A stretch of DNA of 35,629 bases from Octopus sinensis (Eukaryota), in contig NW_021826252.1 of NCBI RefSeq assembly GCF_006345805.1, positions 1 through 35,629 of the forward strand. Reading direction: 5' to 3'. Made by a program: the position numbers and the translations under genes. Within the stretch, counting starts at the first letter, position 1. Every line of letters begins with the position of its first letter. Shown here one piece after another: positions 10,292 through 21,879 of this stretch. The notes under the pieces were generated by a model that was not told where the DNA came from, searched no databases, and worked only from the letters and a program-made list of their open reading frames with translations.

Positions 10292-10656
10292 TCATTTGGC
10301 CAAAAGTTTGGAACATAGGTCTGAAAATTATAAGTTTTATATTAAAAGTTATATTTGGTCAGGGTGTATACTGGGCATAACAATCTTGATTTTTTGAACA
10401 CCAGGAAACTTCACGTTTGACTAAAAGAACATGTGTGTACAGACACTTCAATCAAGAAGACACCTGAAGAAGTGCCAGACCCAGGATTTCAAGGTATCCA
10501 TCACGGCCACTCAACACCACAGGGGCAACCTCAGAATCAGGGAGCCCCCCCGCCCCATCCACTTCCCTTATCAGCAAACTGAGACCGGCCGTAACAACAG
10601 AAAAGAGAACTCCATGATGTGGTCTGGTTACTATGGCAACACCAGTCTGATGACAC

Positions 10657-10688
<32 letters not shown>

Positions 10689-10802
10689 GGTGGTGGTGAT
10701 GATGATGATGATGAAGACAACAGCAATGACAATGGTGATGATGATCATTATGACGAAGATAGTGATGATGATGATGGTGATGATGGTGGTGATGATGATG
10801 AC

Positions 10803-10835
<33 letters not shown>

Positions 10836-10864
10836 GATGATGATGATGATGATGATGGTGGTGA

Positions 10865-10896
<32 letters not shown>

Positions 10897-10943
10897 ACGA
10901 TGGCGGTGAAGATGATGGTGATGATGATGATGGTGATGATGAC

Positions 10944-10980
<37 letters not shown>

Positions 10981-10998
10981 GTGGTGGTGATGATGATG

Positions 10999-11030
<32 letters not shown>

Positions 11031-11075
11031 GATGGTGATGATGACAATGAGGACAGCAACAATGATCATAACGAC
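10657..11075. repeat. (GAT/GGT)n compound microsatellite
   Basis: Long imperfect trinucleotide tract that produces the poly-D/G, poly-M and poly-I ORFs. Confidence 0.95.
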
Positions 11076-11289
11076 CGCAAAAGGATTAAAACAAACGATC
11101 GTTTACATCATTAACGTAAACACTTCCTATTCAGTTTAATTATTTATTTATTTAACTTATTTGCTTATTCCTTCTTTCTCTCATCGTATTTCACACCACC
11201 GTTCACCCATCCCCTCCTTATCGTAACTCCCCCACCCCTTCGTCTTTTCATCGTTCTCTCCATAAGAAATAATCTGGAATAATGGTTAA

Positions 11290-11635
11290 GATCATATATA
11301 TATATATATATATATACACGCATATACATATATACACATATATATATAAATACATGCACATACACACACACATGCATACATTCATACATATATAAATATA
11401 TACACACACACACACACATATATATATATAATATATATATATATAATATATATACATACATACATATATATACATACATATACATACATATATATATATA
11501 TATATAATATATATACATACATACATATATATACATATATATATATACATACATACATATATTATACATACATATTATATATATATATATTATATATATA
11601 TACATACATACATATATATACATATATATATATAC

Positions 11636-11667
<32 letters not shown>

Positions 11668-11750
11668 TATATATATACATACATATATATATATATACTA
11701 TATATATATATATATATAATATATATAACATACATACATATATATACATA

Positions 11751-11827
<77 letters not shown>

Positions 11828-11860
11828 TATATCTATATATATATACACACACATATATAC
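11290..11860. repeat. (TA)n/(TACA)n compound microsatellite
   Basis: Direct observation. Confidence 0.95.
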
Positions 11861-12469
11861 ACAATGTTGATAGCTTGATTGCTCACCTTAAACTCATTCA
11901 CTCTTAAGTCTTCCATTATAACTCAATTTACATTTAGGATACCTTACGGGAATTTTACTTTCAAATCTTTATTGCATGTGTGTGTGTGTATGTGTGTGTG
12001 TGTGTGTATGTGTGTGTCTGTCAGTCCCTGTGTGTGTCTCTATCTACACGTGTGTTTTTATTTGGGTATGGCTTGTTACTCAATCAGTTCTGTACACTAT
12101 AAACCATTAAGTTATACACACTATTAAATTACACACTCCTGATAAATTATATAAGCATCACTAGATTATACACATCACCAGATTATACACGTTGCTGTAA
12201 ACTATATCACTGCGGTTGATGGTCTGATATCTTTGATAATCAAATATAATGAATGGCTGGTGGTTCTGTCCGACCTTTGTGTCACAGCATTGCAGCTTTA
12301 ACCACAGTCTTGAGATTCCAGTCGCTAGATTTGTACAATTCACTGCTATCTATAATGGTAGAATGTCTATAACGTGAAGGAGTGTAGCTTGATGGTTAGA
12401 GTAGTCAGCTCGTGATCATAAGTTCGATTCCTGTTTTGTCCTTGAGCAAGACACAAGAATACTAAAACT

Positions 12470-13257
12470 GAATCCGACCACTCTCAAAAATTAAAAAATC
12501 AGGAAAAATAATCCAGAAACTTTGTCTGCTATCAGATCAATCCCAAAATCTAATTATTAAGTTGTCCAGAAAGTCTGTGCCGATTTATAGTAGCTTACCT
12601 TTCGATTTAATTTAGAATATAGTTGAGTCCATAAAATAGGATTTGACTACACCTCCATTTAGAGCACAATTTAAGCTATCTTTTCGTGGAAGAAGGTTTA
12701 TGTTCCTATAACCTGTGTTAATTCTGTAACCCTTTAAAATGGAAGATAAGAAAGTTCATTTTCAGCACTTGATGCTTTGGGAACAAGACAAAAATTGCTG
12801 CAGCTTGGCTGGGATGTGTTACCCCACCCTCCATATTCACCAGATATTGCTCCTTCAGATTTCCACTTATTCAGGTCTCTGCAGAATATTCTTAATGGTA
12901 AAAATTTCAATTCCTTGGATGACGTAAAAAGATACCTTGATGAATTCTTTGCCATGAAACCACCGCAATTCTGGGAAGAGGGTATATTCAGGTTAAAGGA
13001 AAGATGGAGATGCATTGTGCTACAAAATGGTTCATTGGTTGATTAAAAGTTTAATGGCAAGTATTTATTGACCTTTTTCTTTCCTTTAAAAACTGGCACG
13101 AACTTTCTGGACAACCCAATAGTCTGTGCCAGTCATGAGGCCAAACATCCCTGAAAGCTTCATTTGAATCCATCCAGCAGTTCTTGAGATATCTTGTCCA
13201 CAGACAAACAAACATGACTGAAAATAATATCTCTGCCTTTGCTAAGGCAGAGGTAAT
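12470..13257 (+). mobile_element. Helentron-associated (HINE/DINE-1-like) non-autonomous element interrupted by a mariner
   Basis: 3' part atccatccagcagttcttgagatatc...cagacaaacaaaca...aaaataata followed by the hairpin ctctgcctt-tgct-aaggcagag (13231-13252) and gtaat, as seen at HINE ends. The 5' boundary is uncertain. Confidence 0.5.
12557..13119 (+). mobile_element. Internally deleted mariner with both TIRs and TA target duplication
   Basis: TIRs ta|ttaagttgtccagaaagtctgtgcc and ggcacgaactttctggacaacccaa|ta. The N-terminal MEDKKVHFQHLML is fused to the C-terminal KLLQLGWDVLPHPPYSPDIAPSDFHLFRSLQN (mariner YSPDxAPSD motif). Confidence 0.92.
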
Positions 13258-13436
13258 AACAACAACAACAACAACAACAACAAAAGACAATGACAGTCAC
13301 AGCAACAGCATTTACTGTGCTGCTCTCCCCATTCTCTGTCACTCCATCGCTTATAACAATGAGGGTTCCAGTTGATCTGATGAATGGAACATTCGTGAGA
13401 TTAACATGCAAGTGGCTGAGCACTCCACAGACACGC

Positions 13437-13640
13437 TTTTACTCTTTTACTTGTTTCAGTCATTTGACTGAGGCCATGCTGGAGCACCGCCTTTAGTCGA
13501 GCACATTGACCCCAGGACTTATTCTTTGTAAGCCTAGTACTTATTCTATCGGTCTCTTATGCCGAACCGCTAAGTTACGGGGACATAAACACACCAGCAT
13601 TGACTGTCAAGCGATGTTGGGGTGACAAACACAAACACAC
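13437..13640 (-). mobile_element. SINE family A, 3' half
   Basis: ctcttttacttgtttcagtcatttgactg...cgatgttggggtgacaaacac. Confidence 0.85.
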
Positions 13641-13993
13641 ACCTCTCCAACACCACCCGCCTCACTAGCACCCACCATCGACCCTATCCCATCATCCACT
13701 CCTTCACCTGCACCTCCAGCAATATTATCTATTGCATCTCTTGCTCCCTCTGCAATTCCTTGTACATCGGACAAACGGGACGCCGCTTGGCTGACCGGTT
13801 CGCGGAACACCTTCGTGACATCCACCTTGCGAACGACACACCGATCTCACGCCATTTCCGCTCCACCGGTCACTCCTTGCAACACCTATCTGTGTTCGGT
13901 TTGTCCTTACACAGAGGCCATCTGGATTCCCGTTTGCGCCGTGAACAGGAATTAATCTTCTCTCTTCGCTCTTATACGCCATTTGGTCTCAAC
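13640..13993 (+). mobile_element. Penelope-like element GIY-YIG endonuclease, 5'-truncated and still an open frame
   Basis: FTCTSSNIIYCISCSLCNSLYIGQTGRRLADRFAEHLRD...ISRHF..GH...EQELIFSL....PFGLN: GIY-YIG with the CxxC insert and terminal GLN typical of PLEs. Confidence 0.9.
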
Positions 13994-14339
13994 TCTCCCC
14001 CCTCCTCATCTAACCCCCCTCTCCCCCCTCCTCACCTATCCTTTCTCCCCCGAACCCTACTTCTTCAGTCCTTCATCCTTTCACCCCTACTCCCCTTCCC
14101 TTCTTCCCTCTTTCTCCCTCCCTCTTCCCCTTCCCTCTGCTCCCTCACTCCCTCTCTCCCCTTCTCTCTCCCCCTCTCTCTCTTTCCTCCTTCATCCCCC
14201 TCCTCCCCTTCCTTCTCCCCCATCCTCTCCTCTTCCCCCTTCTCCTCCCCCTCTTATTCCCCTCCCCTTCTCTCCCCCTCCCCCTCTTCTCCTCACTACA
14301 CCACATGACTTTACACATCACATCACATATGATGTGCCA

Positions 14340-14675
14340 TACTAATACACACACCAACTAATACATACTAATACGTACTAATACATACCAGTACATACTA
14401 ATACTTACACCAACCCTATACATACACACACGTCCAGACCCCGCATATGCACTTATACTCTCTCACACACACACACACACCTATACATACCAATACGTAC
14501 TAATACATACTAATACATACTAATACATACACCAACCCCATACATACGCACGTCCAGACCAATCCTACGCACTAATACTCTCTCATACACACACACACAC
14601 ACACACACCCTTATACATACTAATACATACACCAACCCTATACATACACACATCCAGACCCCTCCCACGCACTAT
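14340..14675. repeat. Higher-order repeat: ~3 units built from (ACTAATACAT)n decamers plus an acaccaaccc..cacgtccagacc motif and (CA)n
   Basis: cgtccagacc or catccagacc recurs near 14431, 14551 and 14652. Confidence 0.8.
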
Positions 14676-14845
14676 TAGCTGGTCCCTCAACCCTTTTATC
14701 AACCCTATTATCTCCCCTTATTTCGCTCTCGCGTCTCATGTTTGATCTTTGACCTCTGGCCGAAATCAGATCGCCATGTTGATTCGTTAGCTACTGCACG
14801 CATTTTTTTTCTCTCCTTCTTTCTGTGTTTTTCTCTCTCTGTGTA

Positions 14846-14883
14846 TCTTTCTGTTGAAGAGCGTAGGCTCGAAACGTTAAAGA
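14846..14883 (+). ncRNA. Minimal type-I hammerhead motif with variant core CUGUUGA, in a PLE pLTR (about 14770-14995)
   Basis: UCUUU-CUGUUGA-A-GAGC(GUAG)GCUC-GAAA-CGU-U-AAAGA: 5-bp stem I, palindromic ACGU stem III. Confidence 0.65.
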
Positions 14884-15010
14884 CTTGTTTTATTTATATT
14901 TCCTGAGCGCCATACTAATACAATTGTTCGTTTGTTTTCCACCTGCCTTCGTCTTTTGTTTATTTTCATAAAGCTTCCCGTTATATATATATATATATAT
15001 ACATATATAT

Positions 15011-15168
15011 GACAGGCTTCTTTCAGTTTCCGTCTACCAAATCCATTCACAAGGCTTTGGTTGGCTTGAGGCTATAGTAGAAGACACTTGCCCAAGGTGT
15101 CACGTATGGGACTGAACCCATAACCATATAGTTCGTAAGCAAGCTACTTACCACACAGCCACTCCTAC
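15011..15168 (-). mobile_element. SINE family A, 5' half
   Basis: acaggcttctttcagtttccgtctacc...accacacagccactcct. Confidence 0.85.
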
Positions 15169-15169
15169 C

Positions 15170-15385
15170 CCTTCACGTACTTCTCAGGGAGATTCAGCAT
15201 GACATAGAGTCTGACAAGGCTGCTCCCTTGAAATACAGTACTACTCACTTTTGCCAACTGACTGGACTGGAGCAACGTGGAATAAAGTGTCTTGCTCAAG
15301 GACACAGTGCACCACCAGGAATCGAACTTATGACCCTATGATCACAAGCTGACTACTCTAACCACCAAGCTACACTCCTTCACGT
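15170..15385 (-). mobile_element. tRNA-derived SINE family D
   Basis: Head gaaggagtgtagcttggtggttagagtagtc...gttcgattcctgg...gtccttgagcaagacactttattccacgttgctccag on the minus strand. Confidence 0.75.
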
Positions 15386-15643
15386 TATAGACATTCTACC
15401 ATTATAGACAGCAGTGAATTGTACAAATCTAGCGACTGGAATCTCAAGACTGTGGCTAAAGCTGCAACGCTGTGACACAAAGGTCGGACAGAACCACCAG
15501 CCATTCATTATATTTGATTATCAAAGATATCAGACCAACAACCGCAGTGATATAGTTTACAGCAACGTGTATAATCTGGTGATGTGTATAATCTAGTGAT
15601 GCTTATATAATTTATCAGGAGTGTGTAATTTAATAGTGTGTAT

Positions 15644-16315
15644 GCAGTAATTTTGGGAGCTGTACTTTTGTGATCCTTTCTAACAATTCATGTAAGAGTC
15701 TGACAGTCCCTGTCTGAAAGTATTAATTTTCTTCCAGAGTTTTGCTTCGGTGAGGTGGTTTTTCTCTCTTTCTCAAAGGCTGTAATGATACTTTCAAGAC
15801 AGTACTTCTTAACACTTTAGTGTTCACATTATTCTGCCAAAATTAATCCTTTTTAATCCACATTGTTTTGAACTAATCATGCATTATCTTGTAGCTATGA
15901 GATTTTGATGAGGTAGCTGTTAATTTTTAAAATGATATTGTAGGGTTGGTGTGAGAAGCCAGATGTGGCCAGTTTGAACATAAAACAGGCAGAATACTTT
16001 TGGCCGGATATGGCCGGTTTAAATGCTAAAGGGTTAATACACCAAATATTTTGGCTGTTTTTGTTATACTAGCACCTGCCATACGAACACCATCAATTTG
16101 ACCTCTTTGGAAGTCCAATAGAACAGTCATTTTAATGAATTTTAATCATCTTTTTCTGATGATATCAGTAAAGAAACAGCAATTTTCACTAAACATATTA
16201 AGCAACACTGATAATAAATCAAAAAACATAAAAATAAGTTTTTGAAGGATTTATAGATATTTCAAAATTATGATGCTATGATGCTAGGTGTTTCCATTAT
16301 TTTGTCCAGCCCCTG
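15644..16315 (-). mobile_element. 5' part of a Tc1 transposon (TIR plus transposase N-terminus) interrupted by a piggyBac-like MITE
   Basis: TIR ta|caggggctggacaaaataatggaaacacc at 16315. From ATG 16130: MTVLLDFQRGQIDGVRMAGASITKTAKIFGV[MITE]LRSTV.. then, frameshifted, TAFEKERKTTSPKQNSGRKLILSDRDCQTLT*IVRKDHKSTAPKITA. Confidence 0.88.
15813..16033. mobile_element. piggyBac-like MITE, 221 bp, TTAA target-site duplication
   Basis: TTAA|cactttagtgtt ... aatgctaaaggg|TTAA (TTAA at 15809-12 and 16034-37). Confidence 0.85.
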
Positions 16316-16375
16316 TATAATTCTGTCTGAGCAACAAATTTTTTGTCTCTTTTGTCTATTACATTTTTTGAAAAG

Positions 16376-16793
16376 GGATCTTTTCGGTTTGAACGGCAGT
16401 TTTTTAAAATAATTTCCACGTAACTAAACACTTTTAAACTTCGTATACTGGTAGAATGTGTTTATAAAACATCTTTTTCTCTTGGCTTTATTGAGAAAAT
16501 TCTATAGTTTGTAAGATATTTGGTGTTTTTTTTCTTCAATTTCTGCAATTTCAACCAATCAATGATGTCTATTGAGGTGAAAACATTCTGTGTCATATGA
16601 ATATGTCCCTCATTTAAGAAACAGATTGGGTTTATTTACATTTCTGAAGAAAAAAAAGATACCCTTCCCCCCACCCCTAACCGTAACCCAAAAACAGATT
16701 GAAATGCAATAGATCGATACTAGGGTCATAATTATGGGTGACAATTTCATATGACACCGCTAGAAAAAACTGCCGTTCAAACTGAAGAGATCC
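16376..16793. mobile_element. Merlin-like MITE, 418 bp, ~30-bp TIRs, 8-bp TSD ttgaaaag
   Basis: ttgaaaag|ggatcttttcggtttgaacggcagtttttt ... aaaaaactgccgttcaaactgaagagatcc|ttgaaaag. GG termini with an 8-bp TSD fit the Merlin/IS1016 superfamily. Confidence 0.8.
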
Positions 16794-17019
16794 TTGAAAA
16801 GTCTATACTCTAATTATTTATTGTAGCGTTCAGCATGTGTCCTATATGAATGTAGCTAAATACATGTAGCATTCTCATCTGGTCCTTTCTTAGTACAGAC
16901 TCAATGGTTGCAGTTCATGAGGTTTTCACTTGAGGGCAGGGAGAGAGGTTTAATCCAAATTGTCAGAGTTATGGTTTGCATCGGTTAGATGTGGTTTGCA
17001 TTGTATTGTGTGAACAGGT

Positions 17020-17690
17020 GTTTGGCTGTATGCTTGCATCTGGGCAGTCGTTCAGCAAATCTATTTATAATCCATTCTTTTGTCAATATTCTTTTCTACC
17101 CAATGCACAAGGCCTGAAATTTTGGGAGAGAAGGCCAATTGATTAGATCAACCCCAGTATGCAACTGGTACTTAATTTATCAATCCCAAAAAGATGAAAG
17201 GCAAACTTGAGCTCAGCGGGATTTGAACTCAGAACATAAAGACAGAAAAAATATCACTAAGCATTTCGCCCAGCATGCTAACGTTTCTGCCAGCTTGCCA
17301 CCTTTTATCAACAATATTGACAGTGATTCTTCAGAACATAGCTGACATTTCTGGGATAGTGTGTTGTAGGGACTTGCATGTCTAATTATTGACCAGGTCA
17401 TATTTTACTGTTTCTTCTTTGAGTCACCAGATGATGTTGCATGCCATTTAAGGATTTTTTCAGAAGCTATGTGGTTTCTGTATCTATTTTTGAAAATATC
17501 AGCTGATATATATTCATATGGACCTCCTGTAGTATTTACAGTGCATTTGTACATGACATTTCAGGTCTTGCATTGGTTACCTAGTGGACATTTCGAAAGG
17601 TCCCTGCATGAGCATAAATTATCAGTTTTTTTGTTTGCATGTATACAGCCAATACATGTCCGGTCAGTTCTATTTACATTCATGTTCATG
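17020..17690 (-). mobile_element. Degenerate PLE GIY-YIG C-terminus (second PLE lineage), split by a SINE at 17098-17302
   Basis: CSCRDLSKCPLGNQCKT*NVMYKCTV..EYISADIFKNRYRNH..IW*LKE..TWSIIRHASPYNTLSQKCQLCSEESLSIL [SINE] DKEWIINRFAERLPRCKH. This matches the CxCR..CPL..C..YIG..FKxRYxNH..W.I..C.LC.EK..LNKR.E...CRH pattern. Confidence 0.8.
17098..17302 (-). mobile_element. tRNA-derived SINE family B
   Basis: Reverse complement of ggtggcaagctggcagaaacgttagcatgctgggcgaaatgcttag...gttctgagttcaaat. Confidence 0.8.
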
Positions 17691-17727
17691 GCTACCCTAT
17701 AATTATTTTTATTATATATACATATAG

Positions 17728-18120
17728 GCACAGGAGTGGCTGTGTGGTAAGTAGCTTGCTTACCAACCACATGGTTCCGGGTTCAGTGCCACTGCGTGGC
17801 ACCATGGTAAGTGCCTTCTACTATAGCCTCGGGCCGACCAAAGCCTTGTGAGTGGATTTGGAAGATGGAAACTGAAAAGAAGCCCGTCGTATATATGTAT
17901 ATATATGTGTGTGTGTGTTTGTGTGTCTGTGTTTGTCTCCCCAACATCGCTTGACAACCGATGCTGGTGTGTTTATATCTCCGTAACTTAGCAGTTCGGC
18001 AAAAAGAGACCGATAGAATAAGTATTAGGCTTACAAAGAATAAGTCCTGGGGTTGATTTGCTCGACTAAAGGCGGTGCCCCAGTATGGCCGCAGTCAAAT
18101 GACTGAAACAAGCAAAAGAG
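17728..18120 (+). mobile_element. SINE family A, full length
   Basis: Head aggagtggctgtgtggtaag through tail aaacaagcaaaagag. Confidence 0.9.
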
Positions 18121-18129
18121 TATACATAT

Positions 18130-18530
18130 TTATGTATTCTTTTATTTTTTTTACTTGTTCCAGTCTGTGGCCATGCTGGAACACAATGTGAAGGGTTTTA
18201 GTTGAATAAATCAACACCACAACTTATTTTTAAAGCCTAGTACTTATTCTATTGGTATCTTTTGCAGAACTGATAAGTTACAGGGACATAAACACACCAT
18301 CATCAGTTGTTGTCAAGTGATGATGGGGCAACAAACACACATACAAAGACACACACACTTAAAATATATAACATATTTGTCTTTCAGTTTCCATCTACCA
18401 AATCCACTCACAGGTTTTGATCAGCCTGAGGCTATAGAAGAAGACACTTGCCCAAGGTGGTGTACAGTGGGACTGAACTCAGAACCAGGTGGTTGGGAAG
18501 CAAGCTTCCTACCACACAGCCATGCCAACA
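18130..18530 (-). mobile_element. SINE family A, older copy, tail-to-tail with 17728-18120
   Basis: Diverged tail, middle and head on the minus strand. Confidence 0.8.
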
Positions 18531-18581
18531 CCTATTTTTACCATGCCTGTTCCTGTATGTATGTACGTATATATATGTGTG

Positions 18582-18613
<32 letters not shown>

Positions 18614-18626
18614 TGTATATAGAGAC

Positions 18627-18661
<35 letters not shown>

Positions 18662-18703
18662 CAGATATAGAGAGAGAGAGAGATAGAGAGATAGATAGAT
18701 AGC

Positions 18704-18744
<41 letters not shown>

Positions 18745-19365
18745 CATAGTTGATTGGATAAAACTGTATAGATTGCTGTATATTTGATAAAACAATCATT
18801 AAAAGAAATGTTTTTAAAAAAAGAACAATCAAAAAAACTCAGAAAAACCCATCATTGGATTATTTTTCATCAATATCCCAACAAAATTCAGTGAATTATA
18901 GATTTCTGTATTTATTTATTGATCGCAGTAATGAGGAAAATTACAAATGCTATAAAATCAGGTGATTGAGTTTTCTTCAATGGTGAGATATACAACGGCT
19001 CAACGAGGGGGCGTTGGGGCGGACAGATGGATGGACAGATGCGGAGGCAGACATTCTCCATTTCTAATGCAATTTTAAACACACAGACTATAATTTTTAG
19101 CAATAAATTTCCAAAACGCAACCACGTTAATCAAACATGTTTTTTGTTTTTTTTCTAAAAATAGTAAATAAATAATAAATTTCAAATTTCAAAAATAAAA
19201 GAGTAAAAAAATTTAAAAAACATAAAGGCAAAGTGTGTAAATAAATGAAAATAACTAACTTGTAAATCTAATGATATAACGAATATATTTCTTTTTAACC
19301 TTTGCTTTTTTTACTATTTATTTTATTTTGCATCATATTACAAAAACCTAGATATTATATTTAAT

Positions 19366-19508
19366 TCAAATTATTAATAATATTATTATTATCATTATCA
19401 TGATCATCATCATCATTACAATTATCATCATTATTATCATCATTATCATCATCATGATTATTATCATCATCACCACCGATGTTGTTACTATTGTTATTAT
19501 TAATATGA

Positions 19509-19554
<46 letters not shown>

Positions 19555-19628
19555 TAATATTATCATCATCATTATTATTACTATTATTATCATCATCATT
19601 ATTATTACTATTATTATCATCATCATCA

Positions 19629-19659
<31 letters not shown>

Positions 19660-19703
19660 TATTATTATCATTATCATCATCATCATCATCATCGTTATTA
19701 TCA

Positions 19704-19734
<31 letters not shown>

Positions 19735-19787
19735 TATTATTATATTATTATTATTATTATCATCAATTATTATTATTATTATTATCA

Positions 19788-19831
<44 letters not shown>

Positions 19832-19835
19832 GTTA
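19366..19835. repeat. (ATT/ATC)n microsatellite
   Basis: Direct observation. Confidence 0.95.
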
Positions 19836-20369
19836 TTTGTATAATTCCTCCATGTTGGTTTCTTGTTTTGCTTTTGCTTTCATTTTCATTTTTAAAAAAA
19901 CTGGAATATTTTCAATTTTCTAATTACTTCATGCGTTCAGATAATCCATGAGAAATCAAGAAAAAAAAACGTGGTGGTGGGGATGGGGAAGAGGGGGAAG
20001 AGCAGGCGGGAAAGAAATTTAAAAAAAGCAACGACAAAAAACGCACAAAAAAAAACACACAGAAAAACGAAAACAAACAGATAATAAGCAAAAACAACTA
20101 AAATCATGAATAAAAGCACTTCACTGAATTTTCAACCAATAATTGAATGGTCGAAGATTTTGATGTGTTTTTTTTTTTTTTTTTTAGAATTTTAATAAAA
20201 ATTAGATTTGCTTCTTCATGTATTGTTTAGTTGCTGTTGCATGTGTTTTGTTCTTTTTGTTGTTCTGTGGGTGTGTTTTTGCCTGTTTTTCGTCTTCTGC
20301 TTTTCTTTTTTTTCTGCCCACCCATCCACTCCTTCCACCTATGTATTCTTCAGAGTTTTGGTGGGGTGT

Positions 20370-20403
<34 letters not shown>

Positions 20404-20464
20404 GAACCTTAATTTTCAATGCTCTCTTAGTAAAATAACAGTATTGAAATTTCTTTTATTCTCT

Positions 20465-20469
<5 letters not shown>

Positions 20470-20523
<54 letters not shown>

Positions 20524-20549
20524 ATATATATATGTATATATATGTAAAT

Positions 20550-20621
<72 letters not shown>

Positions 20622-21010
20622 GTATGTATATATATATATATGTATATATATATATGTATGTATATATATAAATATATATACATGTATGCATGTAATATAT
20701 ATATATGTATATATATGTAAATATATATATGTATATGTATATATATGTATATATATATATATATGTATATATATACATATGTGTGTATATATATACATAT
20801 GTGTACATATATATATATGCTTATATATGTATATGTATGTATATATATATATGTAAATATATACATGTATGCATGTATATATATATATATATATATGTAT
20901 GTATATAAATGTATATACATATATATATATATGTATTTATATATGTATATATATATGTGTATATATATGTATGTATGTATCTATGTATGTATTTATGTAT
21001 GTATCATATA
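20470..21010. repeat. (TA)n/(TATG)n microsatellite
   Basis: Direct observation. Confidence 0.95.
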
Positions 21011-21806
21011 TCATCTATCAGCACAAATGAAGTAAAACTTTCAAAAAAGGCAGAAATGATGAATTTCAACCATAAAAAAAAACAACAGCAACAACGAAAA
21101 AAAAAATAAACAACAATTGTTTTATGTTGCTGAAACAGATGTAGGTATTGTTACTGCTGCTGCTGCTGCTTTTGATGTTGTTGTTGTTATTGTTGTGCTT
21201 CTTGCTGCATTTCATTATTGCTGTTGTTGCTGTTGTTGCTGTTGTTACTACAACTGTTGTTGTTGTTGTTGTCTTTCATTCCAATTATATTTGATGAAAG
21301 AACAACAAGACGGCGAAGGAAAGAAAACATTTAAGCGGAGCAGAAAGAAAAACAGGAGGAACGATAACAACAGCAACAATAGCAGCAGCAGCAGCAACAA
21401 CAACAACAACAACAACAGCAACAACAACAACAACAACAAAAACAGCAATAGCAACAACAACAACAACAACAGCACCACCAAAAACGATGGCACCCCCACC
21501 AACAACAAGACAAATAAAGGGAGTTACTGTTCAGTTTGATGCCAACCAATTGTCTTGGAGAATCAGTCAAGAAAAGGAAGAAGAAGCCTGGGATTTTTGC
21601 CGTTGGTGTTTTTGTTTTTTGATTCCTTTTTTATAAATGAGCTCTCTTCAGTAATGAGAGGTGAAATAGTACCTTCAGGTCACGGACTCAATAGTTCAGT
21701 GATTAATTTACTGCATGTTCCATTGCCCTTTTCTCTTCCCCCTGTCACCTTCTTTTAAGACTCCGTGTTAAGACAGCAGAGATAAATTGTAAAACTATTC
21801 AGACTA

Positions 21807-21861
<55 letters not shown>

Positions 21862-21879
21862 CCATACATACATATACAT

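Noticed and set aside
10431-11139. Long poly-Asp/Gly, poly-Met and poly-Ile ORFs
   Set aside because: Open in several frames on both strands because of the (GAT/GGT)n microsatellite; no flanking domain or splice support.
12161-12343. Duplicated 60-aa ORF (MNCTNLATG...) also at 15414-15596
   Set aside because: It only reflects the inverted duplication; no domain similarity or splice signals recognised, and it is not a DNAJC28 exon.
18972-19002. + strand translation VFFNGEIYN, resembling the class-II glutamine amidotransferase (asparagine synthetase) motif
   Set aside because: An in-frame TGA lies immediately upstream, the following residues do not fit the family, and there is no supporting exon; treated as chance.
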